DNA from: an uncultured SAR86 cluster bacterium
Lineage (GTDB): Bacteria; Pseudomonadota; Gammaproteobacteria; Magnimaribacterales; D2472
NCBI GenBank assembly: GCA_902541175.1
Contig: CACBPP010000002.1
Location: 14,581 to 78,580 of the forward strand
Length of the DNA: 64,000 nt
Reading direction: 5' to 3'
The stretch's first letter is position 1; every line of letters begins with the position of its first letter. Below are positions 1-10,305 of this stretch, piece by piece. The notes below the pieces were generated by a model that was not told where the DNA came from, did not search any database, and saw only the letters and a program-made list of their open reading frames with translations. A program made the translations under genes and the position numbers.

Positions 1-115
1 TTTCGGTTTCGTAAAATATTTTATTATTCTTAAAAAGAATAAATTTATTATTTTCTTTATTATTTATTTCTAAAAATCTTTTAAAATACATAACAAATAA
101 GTTTAAAATGTCCTG

Positions 116-1627
116 ATGTTCAATGAAGTCCAAAAATTATTTCTAGGTAATGCCCCAGGATGGTACAAGTCTACCATAATAGCCTTTCTTATAATTAACC
201 CACCGTTATTATTGATACTTAATTCTATGGGATTGGATGGAAATTTTATAATTGGATGGGTTTTTTTATTACAGTTTATCTTTACATTGGCTTTGGCTTT
301 AAAGTGTTATCCACTTCAACCAGGAGGCCTGCTTGCATTGGAAGCAATTGTCATGGGCTTAACCTCAACAAAGTCTGTATTTCATGAAATCGAAAATAAC
401 TTAGAAGTAATACTACTATTGGTTTTCATGGTAGCGGGTATATATTTTATGAAGAACTTAATGTTAACAATATTTACTAAATTGTTATTAAGCATTCGTT
501 CAAAAACATTACTATCACTTTTATTTTGCATTTCTGCAGCAGTTTTATCTGCTTTTTTAGATGCTCTAACAGTAACAGCAGTATTAATTGGGGTAACTAT
601 AGGCTTTTACAGAATTTATCATGCTGTGGCATCAGGTAGCTCATTTTCTGATGAATCACATGATTACCATGCTAACTCGTCAATAAATACTTTGAAGCTA
701 GAAGAATTAGAGAACTTCAAAGCTTTTCTTAGAGATTTAGTTATGCATGGTGCAGTTGGAACTGCTTTGGGTGGTGTTTGTACACTAGTTGGAGAACCAC
801 AAAATTTACTGATTGCTACCATTGCTGGTTGGGAGTTTGTTGAGTTCTTCCTAAGAATGGCTCCGATAACGATGCCTGTTTTTGTAGCAGGTATTTTTAC
901 ATGTTTTATCATTGAGAAATTTTCTATCGCTGGTTTTGGCAACCAGCTACCTCCTAATATAAGAGAAATCTTTAATGATTATTCAGTATATAGAGAGGAA
1001 AATATCACAGCTAAAGATAGAGCAGAACTTCTCGTAGAGTCCTTGGTTGCGGTTTTTCTTGTAATTGCTCTTGGATTACATTTGGCTGCTGTCGGTCTAA
1101 TTGGATTAAGTGTAATAATTTTGCTAACTGCATTCAAAGGTATCACGGAAGAACATCATTTAGGTGAGGCATTTCACGAGGCCCTACCTTTTACAGCATT
1201 ACTTGCGGTGTTTTTTGCAATTGTAAGTGTTATTCATGATCAACATCTTTTTTCTCCAGTAATTGATTATGTCTTATCACAGGATCCTTCAACTCAACCC
1301 TCACTATTCTTTGTTGCAAATGGTTTTCTTTCTGCAATAAGTGACAATGTATTTGTTGCAACAATTTATATCAATGAAGTCAAAAGTGCTTTTGATAGTG
1401 GAGTTATTACTGAAACACAGTTTAACAATCTTGCTATTGCAATTAATACTGGTACAAATATTCCAAGTGTTGCAACACCAAATGGTCAAGCTGCCTTTTT
1501 ATTTTTATTAACATCTTCACTTGCACCACTAATTAATCTCTCCTATTTAAGAATGGTATATATGGCACTACCATACACAATAGTTTTATCAATCGTCGGG
1601 TACACAGCAATTAATTTATTTCTTTAA
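116..1627 (+). CDS. nhaB: Na+/H+ antiporter NhaB
   Basis: 503 aa polytopic membrane protein; [11 protein letters not shown]-terminus, [56 protein letters not shown] motifs. Confidence 0.95.
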   Translation: MFNEVQKLFLGNAPGWYKSTIIAFLIINPPLLLILNSMGLDGNFIIGWVFLLQFIFTLALALKCYPLQPGGLLALEAIVMGLTSTKSVFHEIENNLEVILLLVFMVAGIYFMKNLMLTIFTKLLLSIRSKTLLSLLFCISAAVLSAFLDALTVTAVLIGVTIGFYRIYHAVASGSSFSDESHDYHANSSINTLKLEELENFKAFLRDLVMHGAVGTALGGVCTLVGEPQNLLIATIAGWEFVEFFLRMAPITMPVFVAGIFTCFIIEKFSIAGFGNQLPPNIREIFNDYSVYREENITAKDRAELLVESLVAVFLVIALGLHLAAVGLIGLSVIILLTAFKGITEEHHLGEAFHEALPFTALLAVFFAIVSVIHDQHLFSPVIDYVLSQDPSTQPSLFFVANGFLSAISDNVFVATIYINEVKSAFDSGVITETQFNNLAIAINTGTNIPSVATPNGQAAFLFLLTSSLAPLINLSYLRMVYMALPYTIVLSIVGYTAINLFL

Positions 1628-2595
1628 TGAAAGCTTTGGATAGAAAGTTTTGCGTCGCTCCAATGATGCAATACACGGATATGCATGATCGTTTTTTATT
1701 GCGTCTAATATCAAAAAAAGTTTTTTTATATACCGAAATGATTGCAACAGGTTCATTAATATATGGTAAATGTTTTGATCAGTTAGAATTCAATAAGGAA
1801 GAACATCCTGTAGGTATTCAATTGGGCGGCTCCAACGTTTCGGATCTTATTGAATGCTCAAAAAAATGTGAACAATTCGGTTATGACGAAATAAATCTTA
1901 ATGTAGGATGTCCATCTGATAGAGTTCAAAAAGGAAAGTTTGGAGCATGTTTAATGCTTGAGCCAAATTTAGTAGCAGAATGCTTATCAAATATGCAAAA
2001 TTCGGTAAGTATTCCAGTTTCTATTAAATGTAGGCTTGGAATTGATGATAATGAGGATTATGAATTTCTTTATAACTTTGTTTCAATCGTTAAACAATCA
2101 GGAATTAAAGTTTTTATAATACATGCCAGAAATGGAATTTTAAAAGGACTTAGCCCACGTCAAAATAGGAACATACCTCCTTTAAAGTATGATTATGTCT
2201 ATAGATTAAAAAATGACTTTCCTGATCTAGAAATAATAATAAACGGTGGAATTAAGAATCTTGATGATTCTTCAAATCATTTAAAAAAAGTTGATGGAGT
2301 TATGATTGGAAGAGCTGCATACGATAATCCATTTATGTTAAAAGATGTTGAACCAAGGTTTTATAAACTTGACTCATCAATAAATTCAAAAAAAGAAGTA
2401 CTTAATCTATATTTAGAATATGTTGAGAGACAAATTCAAAATGGTCACAATCTTAGCAGGATGATGAAGCATTTGTTTGGTTTATCCAGAGGAGACAAAT
2501 ATGCTAAGTCCTTTAGAATAAAAATTTTGGAAGTTATCAGAGATAATAGTTTGAAAAATCATAAAAACGAACTTGAAGATCTTTTAGTCTATTAA
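1627..2595 (+). CDS. dusA: tRNA dihydrouridine synthase DusA
   Basis: VAPMMQYTD, QLGGS, EINLNVGCPSDRVQKGKFGACLM, KCRLGID, IIHARNG, GVMIGRAAY. Confidence 0.92.
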   Translation: MKALDRKFCVAPMMQYTDMHDRFLLRLISKKVFLYTEMIATGSLIYGKCFDQLEFNKEEHPVGIQLGGSNVSDLIECSKKCEQFGYDEINLNVGCPSDRVQKGKFGACLMLEPNLVAECLSNMQNSVSIPVSIKCRLGIDDNEDYEFLYNFVSIVKQSGIKVFIIHARNGILKGLSPRQNRNIPPLKYDYVYRLKNDFPDLEIIINGGIKNLDDSSNHLKKVDGVMIGRAAYDNPFMLKDVEPRFYKLDSSINSKKEVLNLYLEYVERQIQNGHNLSRMMKHLFGLSRGDKYAKSFRIKILEVIRDNSLKNHKNELEDLLVY

Positions 2596-3282
2596 AAAAT
2601 CTTCCATATCATCAATGAAATCATCTTGGACATCGATACCATCTGCAATTTCATAATTCATCGATTGTATATAAGCGTCTTTAACAAATGCATATTTATC
2701 ACCAGACAGTAATGATTCAACGTCCAATAACCTCTCTCTTGTTTCAATTGCATCTATAGTTTTTAAGGCAATGTTTACATCGGTATCAGTCATATGAAAT
2801 GTGACCGATGAAAAAGATGATACGGGCCTACTTAATGTATCCCTTAAAGTTGATGGTCCTAATCCAGGTAACATTATGTAAGGACCCTGTCCTACACCCC
2901 ATACAGCAAGAGTTTGTCCAAAATCTTCCTCATGCCTCTCAAGTCCGATTTTTGAGGCAACGTCAATAAACCCGCCCAATCCGATTGTTGAGTTTATTAA
3001 AAATCTTGATAAATCATTTATAGATTTTTTTGGTTTGCCTTGAAGAAATTGATTAATAGAAGTTTCAACATCCTCAAGATTATTAAAAAAATTTGATACA
3101 CCAATCTTAATTTTGGGTGGAAATTTTGAATATGTACTAGCAATTGGTTTTAGAATATTCTCATCTAGCTTTTCATTAAATTCAAAAGTTTTTCTATTGA
3201 AGTTTTCATATGGGTCTCTTACCTCATCTGCTATTAAATAATTAAAATAAAAGACAAGCGTAAATAAATATAAATATTTCAC
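2584..3282 (-). CDS. mlaA: MlaA/VacJ phospholipid asymmetry protein
   Basis: DPYENFNRKTFEFN, RFLINSTIGLGG, EDFGQTLAVWGVGQGPYIMLPGLGPSTLRD. Confidence 0.9.
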   Translation of the reverse strand: MKYLYLFTLVFYFNYLIADEVRDPYENFNRKTFEFNEKLDENILKPIASTYSKFPPKIKIGVSNFFNNLEDVETSINQFLQGKPKKSINDLSRFLINSTIGLGGFIDVASKIGLERHEEDFGQTLAVWGVGQGPYIMLPGLGPSTLRDTLSRPVSSFSSVTFHMTDTDVNIALKTIDAIETRERLLDVESLLSGDKYAFVKDAYIQSMNYEIADGIDVQDDFIDDMEDFLID

Positions 3283-3288
3283 AATTAG

Positions 3289-3963
3289 CTAAGTATCCGA
3301 CAAAATTCTTTTAGATATCTCCTCTGTTATTTCAGAATTATAATCTAAATTAAAATCATGTAGGTTTTTATCAAATTTATATGTACCAAGATGATTAATG
3401 TTATCAGAAATTAATATGCTGCTATTTTGGTCTTCTACATTAAAAATATTGTTAGAAATATATCCAAAAATATTCACATTAAGTTTTTTTAACGTTGTTA
3501 TAGTTTTCTGAAGATCCGAATTTGCCAATATATTAGGTGTTGTAATCAAAATAAATTCATCTACTGAAAGTTCATTAAAAATAGTTAGATATACATCACC
3601 GGTGCCAGGAGGCATATCAACCAATAAATAATCCAATTCACCCCATTTTGTATCATGAACTAGCTTCTTAATAGCGCCACTTAACATAGGACCTCTCCAT
3701 ACAGCTGCATCATCATAATTCATAATATTTCCCATAGATATAATCTTTATACCTTTCTTTGTAATCGGTATGATTTGTTGATCTACAATTTCATTTTTTG
3801 TATCCAGATTAAATAATATATTTTGATTAGGTCCATAAACATCTGCATCCAATATCCCTATTTTTTTGTGCTTAGATAGGCTAAGTGCTATAGATGCTGT
3901 AATTGAACTTTTGCCAACTCCGCCTTTAGCAGAACCTAATGCAATTATTTTTTTTATAGGCAT
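3289..3963 (-). CDS. mrp: Mrp/ApbC family P-loop ATPase (short, Cys-free variant)
   Basis: SAKGGVGKS deviant Walker A, DADVYGP, WRGPML, LDYLLVDMPPGTGD; start set at ATG 3963 because the track's longer start overlaps metG head-to-head. Confidence 0.85.
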   Translation of the reverse strand: MPIKKIIALGSAKGGVGKSSITASIALSLSKHKKIGILDADVYGPNQNILFNLDTKNEIVDQQIIPITKKGIKIISMGNIMNYDDAAVWRGPMLSGAIKKLVHDTKWGELDYLLVDMPPGTGDVYLTIFNELSVDEFILITTPNILANSDLQKTITTLKKLNVNIFGYISNNIFNVEDQNSSILISDNINHLGTYKFDKNLHDFNLDYNSEITEEISKRILSDT

Positions 3964-3999
3964 ATTAAGTAATATTTTCACATATAATACAGATAATAA

Positions 4000-5952
4000 A
4001 TGGACAATTCTAAAAAAACTAAAAGAAAAATACTTGTCACTCAAGCTTTGCCTTATGCAAATGCACCACTGCACTTAGGACATATTCTTGAAGCTGTTCA
4101 AACAGATATTTGGACTAGATTTCAAAACTTTAATGGTAACGAATGCCTATTCTTTTGTGCTGATGATACTCATGGAACACCAGTTATGTTGAAAGCTAAT
4201 GAAATGGGTATAAAGCCAGAAGAATTAATTTCTGATGTTTATAAAGACCATAAATCCTCATATGAACTTTATGGAATAAATTTTACAAATTTTTACTCAA
4301 CACATAGCGATGAAAATAGAAAATATTCAGAATATATATATGAATGCGCTAAAAATAATAATTTAATTTCTAAAGCAAATATTGAACAATACTATGACGA
4401 AAAAGAAGAAATGTTTCTTTCCGATAGATTTATAAAAGGAACATGCCCAAAATGTGGTGCTGAAGATCAGAATGGTGACAATTGTGGTGTATGTGGAGCT
4501 TCCTACAACGTACTTGATGTTAAAAAACCAATATCAATTATCTCAAATACAGCTCCAATTAAGAAAGAAAGTGAGCATATATTTTTTGATCTACCTCAAA
4601 AGAATAAAATGCTTAAAGACTTTTTAAAAAATGTAGATCTTCAGGAATCAATTAAAAATAAGTTAAACGAATGGTTAAATGATGACTTAAAAAAATGGGA
4701 TATTTCTCGAGATGCACCCTATTTTGGTTTTGAAATACCTGGAGAAGAAAATAAATACTTTTATGTGTGGGTAGATGCACCTATAGGTTATTTAGCATCA
4801 ATCTCTAACTGGGCAGAAAAAAATAAATTGAATATGCAAGATTTATGGTCCGAAAATTCTAAATATGAGATTTATCATTTTATTGGAAAAGATATTGCTT
4901 ATTTTCATGGGTTATTTTGGCCAGCGTTATTGAGTGCAGCAAACCTCAAATTACCAAGTGGAATCAATGTTCATGGTTTTTTAACCATAAATGGTGAAAA
5001 AATGTCTAAGTCAAAAGGTACAGGTATATTAGCAAAAGAATTTGCTGAGATTACGAATCCTGAAACTTTGAGATATTACTTTGCAGCTAAACTTAATAAC
5101 AAAGTTGAGGATATAGATTTAAACTTTGATGATTATGTTCAAAGGATAAATTCTGATTTAGTTGGCAAGTATTTAAACATTGCATCAAGATCTGCGTCAT
5201 TCTTAAAGAATAATAATAATATCTTATCAACAAGTATTGATAAAAATATTCTTGACAATTTAGTCTCTAAAAAAGATAAAGTTGTGTCCTTGTATGAATC
5301 TAGAGAATATTCAAAATTAATTAGAATTATTATGGATTTAGCTGATGATGTTAATAAATATATAAATGAGCAAACTCCATGGAAAAAAGAAATAGATGAA
5401 GCAGTTGATATAAGTTCAACTGCAATAAAAGCTTTTTATATTTTATCTTTATATCTTCATCCAATCATACCCAGTATTACCAATGAAGCATTTAAATTCT
5501 TAAATATTAAGAAAGTTTCAATGAATAATGTTGATGAAGCAATAACAAAAATAAATGATTACAAACCATTGCTAAATAGACTTGAAAAAATAATAATTCC
5601 TGAGGAAGAAAATATGGATAATGTAAATTTAATTAATATTGATCAATTTTCAGCTGTTGATCTAAGAGTTGCTAAAATTATCAAGGCAGATGACGTTGAA
5701 GGGGCTGATAAGCTGCTTCAACTAACTTTAGATGTTGGAGATTTAGGAACAAGAAATGTATTTGCTGGAATTAAAAGTGCTTACAAACCTGAAGATCTTA
5801 CTGATAAGTATATTGTTTTAGTCAATAATTTAGAGCCGAGAAAAATGAAATTTGGAATATCTGAAGGAATGGTGCTTGCCTCTAGTAATGATGAAGGTAT
5901 TTATCTAGTTTCACCAGATGAAGGTGCAAAACCTGGGATGAAGGTAAGATAA
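4000..5952 (+). CDS. metG: methionine--tRNA ligase with C-terminal tRNA-binding domain
   Basis: [13 protein letters not shown] (HIGH), Zn knuckle [25 protein letters not shown]-terminal DLRVAKI..SEGMVL domain. Confidence 0.97.
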   Translation: MDNSKKTKRKILVTQALPYANAPLHLGHILEAVQTDIWTRFQNFNGNECLFFCADDTHGTPVMLKANEMGIKPEELISDVYKDHKSSYELYGINFTNFYSTHSDENRKYSEYIYECAKNNNLISKANIEQYYDEKEEMFLSDRFIKGTCPKCGAEDQNGDNCGVCGASYNVLDVKKPISIISNTAPIKKESEHIFFDLPQKNKMLKDFLKNVDLQESIKNKLNEWLNDDLKKWDISRDAPYFGFEIPGEENKYFYVWVDAPIGYLASISNWAEKNKLNMQDLWSENSKYEIYHFIGKDIAYFHGLFWPALLSAANLKLPSGINVHGFLTINGEKMSKSKGTGILAKEFAEITNPETLRYYFAAKLNNKVEDIDLNFDDYVQRINSDLVGKYLNIASRSASFLKNNNNILSTSIDKNILDNLVSKKDKVVSLYESREYSKLIRIIMDLADDVNKYINEQTPWKKEIDEAVDISSTAIKAFYILSLYLHPIIPSITNEAFKFLNIKKVSMNNVDEAITKINDYKPLLNRLEKIIIPEEENMDNVNLINIDQFSAVDLRVAKIIKADDVEGADKLLQLTLDVGDLGTRNVFAGIKSAYKPEDLTDKYIVLVNNLEPRKMKFGISEGMVLASSNDEGIYLVSPDEGAKPGMKVR

Positions 5953-6989
5953 TGGTTAAAACTGACATAATTATAATTGGTGCAGGTCCAGTTGGATTAT
6001 TTACGGTCTTTGAAGCTGGATTACTTGGATTAAATTGTACGCTTATTGATAATCTTGATAAACCTGGGGGTCAATGTGCTGAGTTATATCCTGAAAAACC
6101 AATATACGATATTCCAGGTGTTCCATTTCAAACTGCTCAAGAACATGTTGACGCTCTTTTAGAACAAATTAAGCCTTTTGACTATGAATTACATCTTTCA
6201 GAAAGGGTTGATTCAATTGAAGAAATTAAACATGAAGATGATAATTTTTGGAAGGTTAAAACAACTGAAGAAAAAGAATTTTTTTCAAAAAATATTTTTA
6301 TTGCAGCTGGAGCTGGATCTTTTGAGCCAAGGAGACCTCCAAATATTGAGGATCCGGATAAATTTCTTACAAATGGTGTTGAATATGCAGTTAGGTCTGT
6401 TGACAAATATAAAGATAAAAATATTTTTATATTTGGCGGCGGTGATTCAGCACTTGATTGGACAGTTGAATTATCTAAGATTGCAAAATCCATAAGCCTA
6501 GTACACAGAAGAGATGCATTTAGAGGAGCACAACATACTGAAGAGCTCATGAGAAATTTAGTAAAAGAAAATAAGGTTAATTTACTTACTCCATATCTTA
6601 TTGATTCAATTATTGGAGATAAAAAAGTAGATTCTATAACTTTAAAGAACTTTGAAACTAATGAAATTGAGTCTTATGAAGCAGATGAATTATTATTTCT
6701 TTTTGGTCTCAATAAAAAACTTGGTCCAATACTTGATTGGAACATTGATTTAAACGGAAAAAAAATACAAGTAAATACAGAAAACTATCAAACGTCAAAA
6801 GAAGGAATATTTGCTGTTGGAGATATCAATGACTATCCTGGAAAACTTGATTTAATTTTATCTGGTTTTCATGAAACTACATTAGCAGTTCAAGAGGCCT
6901 ACAAAAGGATCTATCCCGGAGAAAGAGTCCCTTTTGGTTACACAACTTCAAATTCAAAATTACAAGAAAAACTTGGTGTTAAAAAATAG
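5952..6989 (+). CDS. ferredoxin--NADP+ reductase, thioredoxin-reductase-like (YumC type)
   Basis: GAGPVGLF FAD site, GGQCAELYPEKPIYDIPG, GGGDSALDW, GKLDLILSGFHE; no CxxC of true TrxB. Confidence 0.85.
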   Translation: MVKTDIIIIGAGPVGLFTVFEAGLLGLNCTLIDNLDKPGGQCAELYPEKPIYDIPGVPFQTAQEHVDALLEQIKPFDYELHLSERVDSIEEIKHEDDNFWKVKTTEEKEFFSKNIFIAAGAGSFEPRRPPNIEDPDKFLTNGVEYAVRSVDKYKDKNIFIFGGGDSALDWTVELSKIAKSISLVHRRDAFRGAQHTEELMRNLVKENKVNLLTPYLIDSIIGDKKVDSITLKNFETNEIESYEADELLFLFGLNKKLGPILDWNIDLNGKKIQVNTENYQTSKEGIFAVGDINDYPGKLDLILSGFHETTLAVQEAYKRIYPGERVPFGYTTSNSKLQEKLGVKK

Positions 6990-7560
6990 ATTTAGAAAAT
7001 ATCTTCCTGTAGTTGTTGATATTGAAACTGGGGGTTTTGATCCAGAAGTAAATGCAATTTTAGAGATTGCCATTACCCTCATTGAAGAAAAAGAGAATAA
7101 ATTTGTACCTGGCGAAACATTTAGACATCATATTCAGCCTTTTGAAGGATCTATTGTTGAAAAGGAATCACTTGAATTTACAAAAATTAAGTTAGATCAT
7201 CCATTAAGGAAAGCTGTTCTTGAAAAGGATGCTCTTCAAGATTTATTTAAAATTATTAACAAAGCGAGAAATAAATATGAATGCTCAAGAGCTATATTAG
7301 TTGGTCATAATGCACATTTTGACAAATCTTTTCTAGATGCATCTGTAATAAGGAATAACATAACAAAAACTCCATTTCATAAGTTTTCTGTAATAGACAC
7401 TGTTTCTTTAGGTGTCCTTGCAACAGGCCAAACTGTTCTTGCTAGAATATGCGAAAAGTTGTCAATTGAATACGATAATGATGAAGCTCATTCTGCTGCA
7501 TATGATACTAAGGTGACAGCTGAAGTTTTCTGTAAAATTATTAATAATTTTGATTTTTAA
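6934..7560 (+). CDS. rnt: ribonuclease T
   Basis: PVVVDIETGGF, LVGHNAHFD, PFHKFSVIDT, AHSAAYDT DEDDh motifs; real start probably TTG 6973 or GTG 6976. Confidence 0.9.
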   Translation: MVTQLQIQNYKKNLVLKNRFRKYLPVVVDIETGGFDPEVNAILEIAITLIEEKENKFVPGETFRHHIQPFEGSIVEKESLEFTKIKLDHPLRKAVLEKDALQDLFKIINKARNKYECSRAILVGHNAHFDKSFLDASVIRNNITKTPFHKFSVIDTVSLGVLATGQTVLARICEKLSIEYDNDEAHSAAYDTKVTAEVFCKIINNFDF

Positions 7561-7871
7561 GATTCTACTGAATCTATGAGTTTTTTTAACTCACCATTTT
7601 CATGCATTTGAGCAATAATATCAGCACCTCCTACAAGATTTCCCTTAATAAATACCTGTGGGAAGGTAGGCCAATCTGAAACTTTGGGCAATGCTACTCT
7701 GACATCATCATTTTCTAATACATCTACATAACTAAATTGTGATTCGCATTCAATCAATGTTTGAACAGTTCTAGCTGAAAAACCACATCTTGGTTCATAT
7801 GGAGTACCTTTCATATAAATCAATATGTCATTCTCTTTAATTTGTTCTTTAAGTTTTTCTTCTATATCCAT
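7557..7871 (-). CDS. grxD: monothiol glutaredoxin Grx4
   Basis: YMKGTP..PRCGFS, SDWPTFPQVFI, VGGADII. Confidence 0.93.
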   Translation of the reverse strand: MDIEEKLKEQIKENDILIYMKGTPYEPRCGFSARTVQTLIECESQFSYVDVLENDDVRVALPKVSDWPTFPQVFIKGNLVGGADIIAQMHENGELKKLIDSVES

Positions 7872-7872
7872 T

Positions 7873-8616
7873 TTATTTCCTAATAATTTCTAAATATTTA
7901 GATATTGTTTCCTCAAAACCATAATGAAGAGAATCTACTACAATAGCATGTCCAATAGATACCTCATTAATATTACCCATTTCAACTAAATAATGTAAGT
8001 TATTTAGATTTAAATCATGACCTGCATTGATTTTTAAATTTAAACTTATAGCATGATCAATAATTTTTTTTATTTCGTCTATTATAGATAAATTTTTATC
8101 ATTTATAGCTTTTGCAAAAGCACCGGTATGAATTTCTATCAAATTAGCACCCATTTCAGCCGCATAGTCTACACCTTCAATATTATCAATAAATAAACTA
8201 ATTTGGGCATCATTTGAGTTTTCTTTAAGTAAAAGTATCAAATTTTTTAATTCTGAATCATGTGAACCAGAAGACCATCCATGATCAGAAGTAATTTGAT
8301 CAATAGCATCAGGAACTAAGGTTATTTGTTCAGGCTTTATGATTTCAGTCAATTCACAAAAACCAATGAATTCTTTATTTGGTTTCGAGAATGGATTTCC
8401 TTCAATGTTGAATTCAACACCCCTATCCTTTGTTAATTTAGAAATATTAATGACGTCATCACTAGTTGCATGTCTATGATCAGGTCTTGGATGAAGTGTT
8501 AATCCATCAACTCCAAGATCAATAGCCTTATTGGCAAAGTATTCTATTTGAGGATAATTCTCGCCACGTGCGTTTCTTAGAAGAGCAATTTTATTAAGGT
8601 TTACGCTTAATTTCAT
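7873..8616 (-). CDS. pdxJ: pyridoxine 5'-phosphate synthase
   Basis: LSVNLNKIALLRNARG, TLHPRPDHRH, EFNIEGNP, INAGHDLN, EVSIGHA. Confidence 0.93.
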   Translation of the reverse strand: MKLSVNLNKIALLRNARGENYPQIEYFANKAIDLGVDGLTLHPRPDHRHATSDDVINISKLTKDRGVEFNIEGNPFSKPNKEFIGFCELTEIIKPEQITLVPDAIDQITSDHGWSSGSHDSELKNLILLLKENSNDAQISLFIDNIEGVDYAAEMGANLIEIHTGAFAKAINDKNLSIIDEIKKIIDHAISLNLKINAGHDLNLNNLHYLVEMGNINEVSIGHAIVVDSLHYGFEETISKYLEIIRK

Positions 8617-8639
8617 TTGTCAATTATATATTTCAAATA

Positions 8640-9398
8640 TCATCTGTATAGATCTTCTTTTTCACTGACAATCAAATCAAATGCATCGTTTGTTTCAGAG
8701 CAATCTTGTTTGAAACCTTTGATTAAAACAACAGGCTTTTTTTCATTACTTTGACCCATTAATAAACCTGCTGCAGATGCCAGTTCATCAGCAACAGCTA
8801 CTTCAGTTCCTTTAAGTTTTTTTCCATAAATATCTTGGCTACCTTTAAGATCAACAAGGCTCAAGATATTATGACTTGCTAATGCAAAATTGATAACGCC
8901 TGATCTATAAGGTCTAGTCATTGAGTCAGTAATTATTATTGATATTTTTTTATTTAATTTTTTTGATAAATTGTTTTGAATATCTTTTGCACTTTTTTTT
9001 GGATTTTTAGGTAATAAAAGAGCAAGATTTTCACTAGGTACATTTGAAAGGTCTATGCCTGCGTTAATATTTATAAATCCTAATTTATGCTCAACAATAA
9101 TGACATTTTTTTTTGTAGATACTATTCTATTAGATTCATTTATAACGGCTTGAACTAATCCTTCATCTTTATTAAGTTTTTTTGATAAATTTTTTGCTTC
9201 CTCAGATATTTCAATTGTTTTCAAATTTACATATCTATTTTCAGCTTTTGATACTATTTTTTGAGCTATCACAATAACGTCGTTGTCATTAATTATCAAT
9301 TCATTGTCCTTAATGGAATCAAATATAATTGATGGCAAGTCATCACCTGGTTCAACTAAAGGAAAATGATTTAATGCAAATAATTCAAGAGAATTCAT
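8640..9398 (-). CDS. cofE: coenzyme F420-0:L-glutamate ligase
   Basis: PLVEPGDDL, VIAQKIVSKAE, NAGIDLSNV, ITDS..RPYR, AVADELASAAGLLMGQ, PVVLIKG. Confidence 0.85.
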   Translation of the reverse strand: MNSLELFALNHFPLVEPGDDLPSIIFDSIKDNELIINDNDVIVIAQKIVSKAENRYVNLKTIEISEEAKNLSKKLNKDEGLVQAVINESNRIVSTKKNVIIVEHKLGFININAGIDLSNVPSENLALLLPKNPKKSAKDIQNNLSKKLNKKISIIITDSMTRPYRSGVINFALASHNILSLVDLKGSQDIYGKKLKGTEVAVADELASAAGLLMGQSNEKKPVVLIKGFKQDCSETNDAFDLIVSEKEDLYR

Positions 9399-9472
9399 AA
9401 TATTGAAGTTGTATTTTGGTTAAAGATAACATATATAAACAAAAATTCATTCATCATGTATACTTTCCTGCT

Positions 9473-9643
9473 ATGACAACCATAGATAAAATATTACTAG
9501 ATATATTAGTGTGCCCGGTTTCAAAAAAAACACTGTCATACGATGAAAATACAAATGAGTTGATTTGTAAAGAATCTGGTTTGGCTTATCCAATTAGAGA
9601 CGGTATTCCTGTAATGCTTCCAGAAGAAGCACGCAAAGTTTAG
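9473..9643 (+). CDS. Trm112/YcaR family protein
   Basis: [28 protein letters not shown]; start set at ATG 9473. Confidence 0.88.
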   Translation: MTTIDKILLDILVCPVSKKTLSYDENTNELICKESGLAYPIRDGIPVMLPEEARKV

Positions 9644-9648
9644 TAATC

Positions 9649-9726
9649 GCGCCCGTAGCTCAGTTGGATTAGAGTGCTTGGCTACGAACCAAGAGGTCGG
9701 GAGTTCGAATCTCTCCGGGCGCGCCA
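9649..9726 (+). tRNA. tRNA-Arg(ACG)
   Basis: Cloverleaf: GCGCCCG/CGGGCGC acceptor, CTTGG-CTACGAA-CCAAG anticodon arm, TTCGAAT T loop, encoded CCA. Confidence 0.97.
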
Positions 9727-9770
9727 GTCTTCTATAAACGTATTGGTATGTAAATTGCATTACCAATAGT

Positions 9771-9881
9771 ATGAACGATTACATTGATAAGTTAATTGAC
9801 TTCTGTAAAAACGAACCCCTATGGGCCCTTGCTTTTTTCTTTTGCGGTTTCTTTATTGGCGATACGTATTTTATCTTTTAG
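9771..9881 (+). CDS. small hydrophobic protein, 36 aa (below ORF-track cutoff)
   Basis: Hand translation MNDYIDKLIDFCKNEPLWALAFFFCGFFIGDTYFIF*; fills the tRNA-panD gap and stops 1 nt before the panD stop. Confidence 0.5.
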   Translation: MNDYIDKLIDFCKNEPLWALAFFFCGFFIGDTYFIF

Positions 9882-9882
9882 A

Positions 9883-10278
9883 TTAAACTGATTTAAGTTT
9901 TTGCTCGGGTATTGCGTTTTTCACATCTGTCACATTATTACTTTTGTCAAAGTATACTAATGTTGGAATATGAGTCTTGGCTTCTTTCTCATCATATGAA
10001 CCATATGTACATATGATTACAACATCATCAATAGAAACTTTGTGAGCTGCTGCACCATTTACAGATAACGTTTTAGATCCAGCTTCAGCTAAGATTAAAT
10101 ATGTTGAAAATCTCTCACCATTTGTAACATTGTAAACATCAACTTTTTCGTATTCCTGCATACCGGCTAATTTTAAGAAATCTCTGTCAATAGCACATGA
10201 ACCTTCATAGTCAAGCTCAACTTGTGTGACATTAATACGATGAAGTTTAGATTTTAATAATGTTTTATTCATAGGCAC
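9883..10278 (-). CDS. panD: aspartate 1-decarboxylase
   Basis: LLKSKLHR, YEGSCAID self-cleavage site, NGERFSTY, NGAAAHKV; start may be 10272. Confidence 0.95.
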   Translation of the reverse strand: MPMNKTLLKSKLHRINVTQVELDYEGSCAIDRDFLKLAGMQEYEKVDVYNVTNGERFSTYLILAEAGSKTLSVNGAAAHKVSIDDVVIICTYGSYDEKEAKTHIPTLVYFDKSNNVTDVKNAIPEQKLKSV

Positions 10279-10305
10279 GAAAGTATAGTGAAATATTAAA
10301 AATTA

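Noticed and set aside
3866-4078. 70-aa plus ORF and the 37-aa N-terminal extension of Mrp
   Set aside because: Overlap well-supported mrp and metG genes; composition is not protein-like.
5952-6989. Thioredoxin reductase trxB
   Set aside because: Lacks the redox CxxC; motifs fit the FNR subfamily.
9536-9766. 76-aa minus-strand ORF
   Set aside because: Antisense shadow across tRNA-Arg and the Trm112 gene.
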